From a virus, in the IMG/VR virus record IMGVR_UViG_3300037558_002946: DNA of 25,013 nt; one strand, written 5' to 3'. Made by a program: the position numbers and the translations under genes. Shown piece by piece: positions 7,559 to 14,809 of this stretch. Numbering within the stretch: the stretch's first letter is position 1; each line of letters opens with the position of its first letter. The notes under the pieces were generated by a model. It searched no databases and was not told the DNA's origin. It saw nothing but the letters and a program-made list of their open reading frames with translations.

Positions 7559-8779
7559 TTACTCTTCCTCTTTTGGTGGTTCTGGTGGCAGATCGATCCA
7601 TTCTCTTGCTTCTCCAAGCGTTACAACGCCAGCTTGATACAGCTTGACCGCCTGATCGACCCAATCGCTGTAGTCCTCCCTGAGCGGATTGTTGAACTTG
7701 AACCTGACATCTGCATCAGTGATGCGTGGAATCAGCTTTCTGTTGATTTCAGCCTCGAATTTGCGCTGGATACTCTCGATGAACAGCATGAACGTGCGAC
7801 GTTGGTTGTATGACGTGGCTCTGTTGCTACCCTCAGCCTCCCCCAAGAAAACTTTCGGTACCTTCAGAGCTCTATCCACCTGCCGCTGCAGATGCTCGAG
7901 TATTTTCGCTATGCCTGCGAAGTCGTGAGAGGCTGATAGGTCCTTCAATTCAACAGTTTGATCAAAAACAAGATTGTTGCTCACAGTAAAAGTTCCATCA
8001 AGGTTATCTTTCACCCTATCAGCGAGCAACTCGTTCACAGCCTCAAGCTTCTCCTCAGCGTATGTTTTTCCAGTCTTAGGATTTATTGCTTCATCTTCTG
8101 GAGTTAACTCCACCTTGGCCCAAAGCAATCGGTGGGCATCACGATGGGCCATGGCTGCTGCTGTCGCTTCTATCTTATTCTTTATGCTGAGTTTATTATA
8201 GACATTGTGCAACAAGCTCAAACCATAAACATTGTCCGCAAATTGCCTAAAGCGGAAGTGAAGGACATCCTCTGGCTCGAATTTGTACTCTGGATCTCCA
8301 ATGAATGTTGCGTTGTAATCGTACCAATAAAATTGTATTCTACCATACTCGTCCGTTACGATTTTGACACGCTTTGGGTGAACAACTTGAAGAGTAAAAC
8401 CAAAATCGTTGTCCTCCTCGACAATGAAATTGTAAGCGTTTCCAAAAATCAGATGAGTTAACACATCGTTTTCCAAGATGTCCCAAAATCCGACTTCAGC
8501 TGCAAACTCCTCGCACCTCTCAACAGCTTTCGGCTCGCCGATGAACTGAAAGCCAGCTCCAACAACCAAGTATGTGATGGTCTCAAGGTGGGCTTGAGCG
8601 TCTTCGCTTATATTGTAAAGCCATTCGTATTCGTCGTAGTTAACACGAGGGTCGAATCCAGGTGAACTTTCCAATGGTTTGGCTACAAGAATTGCCTTGT
8701 CGGACTTGTACTTGAACTCCCTTCTTCTTTGTGTCTTGGGCATGTCATTCGAGAACCTACGGATGATTCTGTTCAGCAT
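7559..8779 (-). CDS. Portal protein
   Basis: 406 aa between terminase and MuF; motifs LIFGNAY, VLHFRF...VYGLSLL, LKVPKVFLG...NRAT. Confidence 0.88.
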   Translation of the reverse strand: MLNRIIRRFSNDMPKTQRRREFKYKSDKAILVAKPLESSPGFDPRVNYDEYEWLYNISEDAQAHLETITYLVVGAGFQFIGEPKAVERCEEFAAEVGFWDILENDVLTHLIFGNAYNFIVEEDNDFGFTLQVVHPKRVKIVTDEYGRIQFYWYDYNATFIGDPEYKFEPEDVLHFRFRQFADNVYGLSLLHNVYNKLSIKNKIEATAAAMAHRDAHRLLWAKVELTPEDEAINPKTGKTYAEEKLEAVNELLADRVKDNLDGTFTVSNNLVFDQTVELKDLSASHDFAGIAKILEHLQRQVDRALKVPKVFLGEAEGSNRATSYNQRRTFMLFIESIQRKFEAEINRKLIPRITDADVRFKFNNPLREDYSDWVDQAVKLYQAGVVTLGEAREWIDLPPEPPKEEE

Positions 8780-8798
8780 GTAAGAGTGGGCAGATTTA

Positions 8799-8809
8799 GA
8801 CTTTAAATA
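8799..8809 (-). promoter_or_regulatory. Late-type TATA element TATTTAAAGTC, 19 nt upstream of the portal ATG
   Basis: Shared motif and spacing with the other three late units. Confidence 0.7.
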
Positions 8810-10138
8810 TCAGCCAACGACTCCATAAACCCTCCTCAACGATCTGCCTCCGTGACCCGCTGCCCACACAGCAAGGGCCAACGCTATGACACAATCATCA
8901 TGCATGCCTTGCCTCGCCTCCATCTTTATTCCTTGCCTCGTGAGTTGATACTCGAAGAATTGTAGCTCTTTTATCAGCTCCTCTATGTATGGATACTTGA
9001 CTTCGCCATTCTCGATTGCCGCTTGCAAGCGCTGGATCAATTGGACCTTCGACTTTGCAGTGAAGACATATCCTTCAGCTCCGATATCCTGCAAGTCCTC
9101 GAGTACTGGATCTCCAACACCACTGGAATCGATCAAAACTTTGGCGTAGTTGAAGCGCTTGTACAATTCCTTCAACTTCAATATCGTTTCGGCGTAGGGG
9201 CGGCGGTTGAATCGCTGGAAGTGGACGAGTTTGAAGGGCTTATTCGTGATGTCAAGTACTATGATGACCGTATAATCGAGATACTTCGCCAGATCGCAAC
9301 CGATAGCGTAGATTCTCCCTGGCTGCCCCATATCGACGAGTTCGATGTTGGAGATGTTTCTCTGGATGTCGGCCCACCTGAAAACAGCATTCTGGTCCTC
9401 TACGAACTCCGCGAGGTATTCTGTGCGGAAAATGATCGAGTTCTCGCCATACTCTCTCTTTTTCTTCTCTATGAACTCGTGACTGATATGGGGATTGGCT
9501 GTAGAAGGGAAGCGATAGCTGCTGTAGTCTTCGAACTCTTCCGATTGCCCCTTGAGGTAGGAATCGTAAAAGTGGTTCTTTCCGAATGGCGTTCCGATTT
9601 TGATCCATGATCCATTGAAATCTGCTAACATTGGCTCGACAACTTGGCTGATGACATCATCGGGAATGTAAGCAGCTTCGTCGAGGATTGCCCTATGCGC
9701 CTTGTGGCCTCTCAAGTACTCTGGCTTTGTTGTCGAGCGAGCGTGGATCTCGCTGCCATTCCTAAATATAATCTTGCTGAAGGGAGTTTTGTAGACTCGC
9801 TCGATGAGGTGAACAAGAATCGATTTAGAAAGTAGGGTCGTTATCTCCCAAAACATGATATTTGCTTGGTTGTAGGATGGGGCGAGGATGAACTGAATGG
9901 ATCCAGGATGAGTTATGGCGTAGTGGATGGCCGAAAACGCCATCGCTTTGGTCTTGCCGAAACGTCTGCCAGCAACAACAGTTATGAACTGATGCTTGTC
10001 GCGGAGGATCAGCTTTTGAGCTTCGTGGGGCTCGTGGTTTAGGAATATTTGTGTGAACAGAACTGGATCCCTTATGGCTTGCTTAATCTTCTTTTTGTCC
10101 TTGCCGAGTTCCGATATCAAATCGTCGAGCTTACTCAT
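8810..10138 (-). CDS. terL: Terminase large subunit
   Basis: Walker A AGRRFGKT, Walker B AILDEAA, coupling motif IGTP, RNase H-like nuclease IGCDLAKYLDYT and HDDCVIALALA. Confidence 0.95.
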   Translation of the reverse strand: MSKLDDLISELGKDKKKIKQAIRDPVLFTQIFLNHEPHEAQKLILRDKHQFITVVAGRRFGKTKAMAFSAIHYAITHPGSIQFILAPSYNQANIMFWEITTLLSKSILVHLIERVYKTPFSKIIFRNGSEIHARSTTKPEYLRGHKAHRAILDEAAYIPDDVISQVVEPMLADFNGSWIKIGTPFGKNHFYDSYLKGQSEEFEDYSSYRFPSTANPHISHEFIEKKKREYGENSIIFRTEYLAEFVEDQNAVFRWADIQRNISNIELVDMGQPGRIYAIGCDLAKYLDYTVIIVLDITNKPFKLVHFQRFNRRPYAETILKLKELYKRFNYAKVLIDSSGVGDPVLEDLQDIGAEGYVFTAKSKVQLIQRLQAAIENGEVKYPYIEELIKELQFFEYQLTRQGIKMEARQGMHDDCVIALALAVWAAGHGGRSLRRVYGVVG

Positions 10139-10586
10139 CTTCCTTCAAAGCTTCTTCAAACAATGCTAAGAGCTTGGAGGCTGGATCTTGAATGTTGCCA
10201 GCGAGCTCGTGCTTAAGTTTGATCGCTCTAAACATAGCGTTCGTGCATACTTCCACGACCCTTGGCTTCTTTTCGGGATCGACCTTCATAGCGTAATTGC
10301 GCATCCTGGCAATTATATCGTTCAAAGCTTTGATCTCATCCACAACCTTATCGGCTCCCTCCTCGAGTTGTTGATAGTACTTCTCCACACCCCTCTTCAC
10401 GAAATTGAAGTGTCTCTTGTGCCTGGTTATGTTGGACTTACTAAGCTTTAAATCGGGGAATTTTGCGATGATCTCGCTGTAAGGACGCCCTTCAATCAAC
10501 ATTTGATTAATTTCCTCAAGGTGTTCGGAGCGGCAAATCTTGCATCTCGGGTTCAAGAGTTGCGCAACATTTTCGGAGTTACTCAT
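10131..10586 (-). CDS. terS: Terminase small subunit (N-terminal CxxC/HTH)
   Basis: Directly upstream of and overlapping terL; RCKICRSEH...YSEIIAKF...SKSNITRHKRH HTH followed by helical oligomerisation segments. Confidence 0.75.
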   Translation of the reverse strand: MSNSENVAQLLNPRCKICRSEHLEEINQMLIEGRPYSEIIAKFPDLKLSKSNITRHKRHFNFVKRGVEKYYQQLEEGADKVVDEIKALNDIIARMRNYAMKVDPEKKPRVVEVCTNAMFRAIKLKHELAGNIQDPASKLLALFEEALKEDE

Positions 10587-10606
10587 GGTTGCGCTTGTTG
10601 TGGATG

Positions 10607-10616
10607 GACTTTAAAA
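10607..10616 (-). promoter_or_regulatory. Late-type TATA element TTTTAAAGTC, 20 nt upstream of the terS ATG
   Basis: Shared motif and near-identical spacing with the other three late units. Confidence 0.7.
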
Positions 10617-10648
10617 GAGAGATTAGTTGAGACAATGGAGAAATCCCA

Positions 10649-10698
10649 ATGTTCTACAGTAGAAACCTTATTATAGGTAGGTTTCTACTGTAGAACAT
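10649..10698. repeat. Perfect 20-bp inverted repeat, each arm containing the palindrome TTCTAC-W-GTAGAA, flanking a TATA-like element (probable operator pair)
   Basis: ATGTTCTACAGTAGAAACCT (10649-10668) / TATTATAGGT / AGGTTTCTACTGTAGAACAT (10679-10698); the right arm overlaps ATG 10697. Confidence 0.9.
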
Positions 10699-10978
10699 GA
10701 AGTACGAGGTGTGTGATGTTAAGGAGTACGTGAAGAAGAGTAAAAAAAGAGGTCGTTGGTACGCGTGGACTCAAACTGTCATAAATCTCAGCGCTGATTG
10801 GCAAGGAGTGCCATTTGTTGCAATATTAGACTACAAGTTTGTCGCGGAGTTGTGGAACTTTCTCAGCAAAATCAAGGGAAGAATTGGCGAAGTTCAACTC
10901 GAAATCGAGTGTGAAGACTGGCTTATAAAATTCGAAGCGATGAAATCAGTCATGGAAAAGAAAATGCACGAAGTCTGA
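10697..10978 (+). CDS. Small putative transcription regulator (AbrB/swapped-hairpin-like)
   Basis: The only credible plus-strand gene; fills the gap between early and late modules; has its own TATA and operator; basic beta-rich N-terminus (KKSKKRGRWYAWTQTVINLSADWQG). Confidence 0.6.
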   Translation: MKYEVCDVKEYVKKSKKRGRWYAWTQTVINLSADWQGVPFVAILDYKFVAELWNFLSKIKGRIGEVQLEIECEDWLIKFEAMKSVMEKKMHEV

Positions 10979-10990
10979 TCTGACAATTTT

Positions 10991-11656
10991 TTACAAAAAC
11001 TCCTCAAAATCCGAAAACGTGATGTATTCGACTCTCTTCTTTCCTTCTGGAGGTAAGAGTCTTCTCTTTGACTTGTTTTTATTATACTCGGCGAGGAATT
11101 TTATCATCGCTTCCTCGACCTCATCGAATTCTGCAAATTCATCTCCAAAGATCGAACGTATCATCCACTTTCTCAAAAACCCATAGAAGAAACTCTCTTC
11201 TGGTAAGTGTGTCGTGAACTTCCTATAAAATGGTAGCGAGTTCTTCTTCAAGTAGTGCAACCTCTTGCTCCTCAATGACCTCTCATCACTAAAATAATAC
11301 GTGCTGTGATGCACAAACTTGTAATTATCCCTCTCAATGAACTCGATCCCCCCACTTTTCAACAACTCGAATCCATCTTGAGTCTCATTCACCTTATAGA
11401 CTCCAATCCAAGATGGCAAGCAATCTGGCATCTTAGCTTTAGGACCCAAAACTAAGAAAACAGCATCGCAAATGTAAACATATTGAGGAAGTTGCTCGAG
11501 GATTCTCATCGGCTTATCGTTATCTCCCTTGATCTCGAAGCCAATTATGTTGTCAGCATAAAGCCCAAGCACATCGAATACCGAACCCTCGTAAATCGCA
11601 TCGAAGTTCCTTAAAATTGTTTTCTTCAACAACTCCTTAATTTCGCGCTCGTTCAT
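10991..11656 (-). CDS. PD-(D/E)XK nuclease-fold protein (sce7726/MmcB-like)
   Basis: FDVLG...IGFEIKGDNDKPMRILEQLPQYVYICDAVFLV...LPSWIGV matches the D...EIK-x-D-x-D...RL..Q...Y...D pattern. Confidence 0.7.
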   Translation of the reverse strand: MNEREIKELLKKTILRNFDAIYEGSVFDVLGLYADNIIGFEIKGDNDKPMRILEQLPQYVYICDAVFLVLGPKAKMPDCLPSWIGVYKVNETQDGFELLKSGGIEFIERDNYKFVHHSTYYFSDERSLRSKRLHYLKKNSLPFYRKFTTHLPEESFFYGFLRKWMIRSIFGDEFAEFDEVEEAMIKFLAEYNKNKSKRRLLPPEGKKRVEYITFSDFEEFL

Positions 11657-12923
11657 TAGCCTCTCTCCTCAAGAAGACTTCAAGGTCGCTTTGCACCCAA
11701 GATTGTTTGATGTTCTTCCAAAACAAATTCAGGCGACTTCTCCAGTACGGGCTGTTTTCCCAACGCTTTGAAAGATAAAAATAATAGCGATCTGGATCGT
11801 TAGCAAATTCATTGGCTATTTCTTCCTCTTTTTTTACAACCCAAGCGTTGTGGAGTGCTCTGACAGTAAAACCATCTTTCTTGTGAGCCTTGAATGCTTT
11901 GACAAGAATATCGAATGGAATGTCGTGGAAGATATAGTCGGGATCCGCATGAACCTCTCTGAGCAAGTTGAGTTCTTTGGATCCGAGCTTGTTTCTCTTG
12001 ACACCTACTGGAACCCCAACGTGTTCTGGCAAATAGATGGTCCAGAACCTTGCCGCAATCCTCCAACTCGAGCCATCCGAGAATTTTGCTCCACCGAGGA
12101 AGCCGAGATGCATGAAATTTATGTTTGCGGCTCCAAGGAGGAACACTTCTCTATCTCTCAGCAAATTTAGGGCTGTGGCGAGGCGTTCAAAGATGACATT
12201 GACAGGTGTGAGGTCTTTTCCATTGCTGCCATTGCTGGATCCAGCGGGCTTATGTTGGTTGCCGACTTGAGGAGCTGGATGCGTATCAGCTGCATAAACA
12301 CCAAGTCCGATCTTGCGAGTATATTGGGCATCCAAAGGATGATCGTGTTTCGGTCCTTCGTAAGAGTTATTTATCCCCGAAAAAGTTCCGATACCCAACA
12401 AATTCGTGTCCTTTGTTGTGGCGTGATATGTTCCGAGAGCGAGTCTGTCCGGATCTTCGATAAGATTTAAACTTTCCAATAATTCTCCGAGGGTCCAACC
12501 ATGAACCACTGGAATGACTGGAACGTGTTCGAGCATGATGTGGTAGAATTCAGCTGACTTTCTTATCAATTTCCGACGATCCTCACAACTCTGATAGTAC
12601 GCTGGTGGAAGGTCGAGTTGGATAAGAATGTCTTTTTTAGTGTAGCCCATTTTCTTGTAAACAGCAACAGTTCTGAGTGGATCTGGATTTTTCAACTTGC
12701 CCGTAAGGAATTGGAAACCTCCACTGTCGTAAACGAGGCGATGACTACTACCGAACTTATGGCGAAAGCCCATACTATTGTTGGACTTATAGAAAGGAAC
12801 TACCGAAAAAAGGAGCTCATTAAAGTAGTCTTCGACATAAGGGTGTTTGCCCACACACTCAACTTGATGAGAAAGGAATACGATTATTTCTTTTGCCGCT
12901 TCTTGGCTTTTAATCCCCTTCAT
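11637..12923 (-). CDS. tRNA-guanine transglycosylase-fold protein, DpdA-like (putative 7-deazaguanine DNA transglycosylase)
   Basis: DSGGFQ (12711-12728), IQLDLPP, IPVVHG, VFLLG, FSDGSSW (nucleophile Asp in a DpdA-like D-S/G-S-S-W context) and ALHN. It lacks the CxCxxC zinc motif and any PUA domain. Confidence 0.8.
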   Translation of the reverse strand: MKGIKSQEAAKEIIVFLSHQVECVGKHPYVEDYFNELLFSVVPFYKSNNSMGFRHKFGSSHRLVYDSGGFQFLTGKLKNPDPLRTVAVYKKMGYTKKDILIQLDLPPAYYQSCEDRRKLIRKSAEFYHIMLEHVPVIPVVHGWTLGELLESLNLIEDPDRLALGTYHATTKDTNLLGIGTFSGINNSYEGPKHDHPLDAQYTRKIGLGVYAADTHPAPQVGNQHKPAGSSNGSNGKDLTPVNVIFERLATALNLLRDREVFLLGAANINFMHLGFLGGAKFSDGSSWRIAARFWTIYLPEHVGVPVGVKRNKLGSKELNLLREVHADPDYIFHDIPFDILVKAFKAHKKDGFTVRALHNAWVVKKEEEIANEFANDPDRYYFYLSKRWENSPYWRSRLNLFWKNIKQSWVQSDLEVFLRREANERARN

Positions 12924-13071
12924 CCTCTTTTACCCACTCCAACAATTTCTTGATCTTCAAGTAGATGCAACTCTCAATTTCGTTCGGACACTCCCAACTC
13001 CACTCGCAATACTCGCATACTTCCTCGTCGAGCCACCTTTCGATGTCGCTAATCAACTTGTCAACATCCAT
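12910..13071 (-). CDS. Small Cys-rich protein (53 aa), not in the ORF track
   Basis: MDVDKLISDIERWLDEEVCEYCEWSWECPNEIESCIYLKIKKLLEWVKEDEGD; overlaps both neighbours; GAGGGAG RBS. Confidence 0.65.
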   Translation of the reverse strand: MDVDKLISDIERWLDEEVCEYCEWSWECPNEIESCIYLKIKKLLEWVKEDEGD

Positions 13072-13312
13072 GTATCTCCCTCAAAACGCTCTCCAACCGC
13101 GACAAATCCGATCCAACAATAGAAGCGATTGGCACTTCGTTCTCAAGCACCACAATAGTTGGCAGCGATTGAACGAAATATTTCTTCGCCAATTCTCCAT
13201 TCTTTTCGACATCGACCTCTTTGAAGTCGATCCCTCGCTCTCTCAAATATTGCTTGACGATTTTACAAGGAGCACACCATCTGGCCGAAAAAAGCAAGAT
13301 TTCTACCACCAT
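13061..13312 (-). CDS. Thioredoxin/glutaredoxin-like redoxin
   Basis: FSARWCAPCK active site and cis-Pro motif VQSLPTIVV. Confidence 0.9.
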   Translation of the reverse strand: MVVEILLFSARWCAPCKIVKQYLRERGIDFKEVDVEKNGELAKKYFVQSLPTIVVLENEVPIASIVGSDLSRLESVLREIHGC

Positions 13313-14037
13313 TCCACCTCCAAAAAGCCCTCTTCTACCAACATTATAGCTTCGGCAAGTTTGTACGCCATCAAAGGTGGGACAGCGTTGCCTATTTGCG
13401 CGTATTGCTCTTCGAGAGTTCCATAAACTACGTAATCAAGCGGGAAAGTCTGAACGATTTTTGCCTCTGGAATCAAGCTTCTTCTGCGGAAGACTTTACT
13501 CAACCCTCCGCGCGATGTCTTCCATCCTCTTCTGTACTCGCTCGCAAGAACAGTTGGAAATATAACATCCACGGGTTGTTTTTTGGGTTCGGGAAAATCT
13601 CCAGCAAACAATCGCCTTCTCAGTTGTGGAACTCCGAAGTCGGACATCCTGTATATTCTGACTTTCGGGACATCGGGAGGAAGGTAGTCTCTGGCGAGGG
13701 GCGTTTCCTCCATGATCACGTACTTCGGTTTTTTCTTGCGGACTATCTCCCAAAACCAGTTTATGAGAGATGTATCGTGCGTTCGCTTGTGATTCGCAAC
13801 GCTGTGGTCCTGGCAAGGTGGAGAGCCTATAATTATGTCGCAATTCGGAATGTCTTTGGGATCCACATTTAAAGCATCCTCGCAATGGACATCAACGTGA
13901 GGAAAGTTAGCCTTGTAGCTCCTGCAAGCAATTTCCCACTTGTCGAGAGCGTAGATTATCTCGAAACCAGCATAATCAAATCCCAAGCTGAACCCTCCGC
14001 AACCGCAAAATAAATCGATTACCTTAAGTGTCCTCAA
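13303..14037 (-). CDS. DNA (cytosine-5)-methyltransferase, compact
   Basis: Motif I IDLFCGCGG, IV GSPPCQ, VI variant VIMEETP, VIII QLRRRLF, IX/X EAKIVQTFP...QIGNAVPP. Confidence 0.92.
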   Translation of the reverse strand: MRTLKVIDLFCGCGGFSLGFDYAGFEIIYALDKWEIACRSYKANFPHVDVHCEDALNVDPKDIPNCDIIIGSPPCQDHSVANHKRTHDTSLINWFWEIVRKKKPKYVIMEETPLARDYLPPDVPKVRIYRMSDFGVPQLRRRLFAGDFPEPKKQPVDVIFPTVLASEYRRGWKTSRGGLSKVFRRRSLIPEAKIVQTFPLDYVVYGTLEEQYAQIGNAVPPLMAYKLAEAIMLVEEGFLEVEWW

Positions 14038-14809
14038 ACTCTATTCCTCCATAATCCGACAGAACTCTCTTTCCCATCATATGCATGATTCTTCGATACA
14101 ACGCTGGATTCACTTGAGATAGTTGCTTCTCCCAACCAATGAAGCCAGTACAAGTCATGCAACCATTTCTATCTGCAAAATCGTAGATTGGATTGATCGG
14201 AAGTTGTTTTACTTCGATGTATTCCCAAATATCCTTGTCTGTCCAATAAGCCAAGGGATGCGCTCTTAAAATTGGCCTCTTGAATTTCGTATCGCCTATC
14301 CTCTTCGTCCAATAAAGTGGTCCTTTGTTCGCAATGTGGAGTTTTCTTGTCCTTGACTCAAATGCGGAAATTCCAGTGAACACACAATCGATGTTGTTGC
14401 TCTTATAGAAATCATTGGCTGGCTTGTTCTTGAGATACCAGCAACACTTGGGCTCCTTTTTATACCACCTTCTGTGGTCTGGAAAGCCATACTTCTTTAC
14501 GATCTGCCAGAAATTCTTCTCTGGCTTTAGCTCGTAGAAATTCAAGTTCCATTCTCTGGCAATTCTCCTGACAAACTTTAAATTTTGGGGATATTCAACA
14601 CCAGTATTGCAGAAGACAACTATAATGTTGGGCTCGAATTGAAGGACCAAGTGTAATAAGACCAAAGAATTCTTTCCACCACTAAAAGCTACAGCTTGCT
14701 TTGTTGTTTGCTTTAAAGCATCTTGGATTATTCGTTCAGCAATCTCTATCTTTTTGCTAAGAGGTTTATCGAGCCAATCCTCGATCTCCTTGAGTTTAAT
14801 GTAGCTCAT
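14024..14809 (-). CDS. PAPS/APS-reductase family (PP-loop, Fe-S) protein
   Basis: AFSGGKNS, FCNTGVEYP, CCWYLK, FTGISAFESRTR, HPLAYWTDKDIWEYI, RNGCMTC. Confidence 0.9.
   Translation of the reverse strand: MSYIKLKEIEDWLDKPLSKKIEIAERIIQDALKQTTKQAVAFSGGKNSLVLLHLVLQFEPNIIVVFCNTGVEYPQNLKFVRRIAREWNLNFYELKPEKNFWQIVKKYGFPDHRRWYKKEPKCCWYLKNKPANDFYKSNNIDCVFTGISAFESRTRKLHIANKGPLYWTKRIGDTKFKRPILRAHPLAYWTDKDIWEYIEVKQLPINPIYDFADRNGCMTCTGFIGWEKQLSQVNPALYRRIMHMMGKRVLSDYGGIEFEDT

Noticed and set aside
12221-12239. Short tandem repeat CCATTGCT x2 (SNGSNG)
   Set aside because: Only two units, inside a low-complexity protein insert; no evidence for phase variation.
11637-12923. Annotation as queuosine/archaeosine tRNA-guanine transglycosylase (tgt/arcTGT)
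   Set aside because: It lacks the CxCxxC zinc site and the C-terminal PUA domains, has a DpdA-like DGSSW motif, and sits in a viral DNA-metabolism operon.
14024-14809. Sulfate-assimilation auxiliary gene (cysH) or a Dnd phosphorothioation system
   Set aside because: No other cys genes and no dndA/B/D/E or ssp genes are in the window; the context is DNA modification, so neither label is supported.
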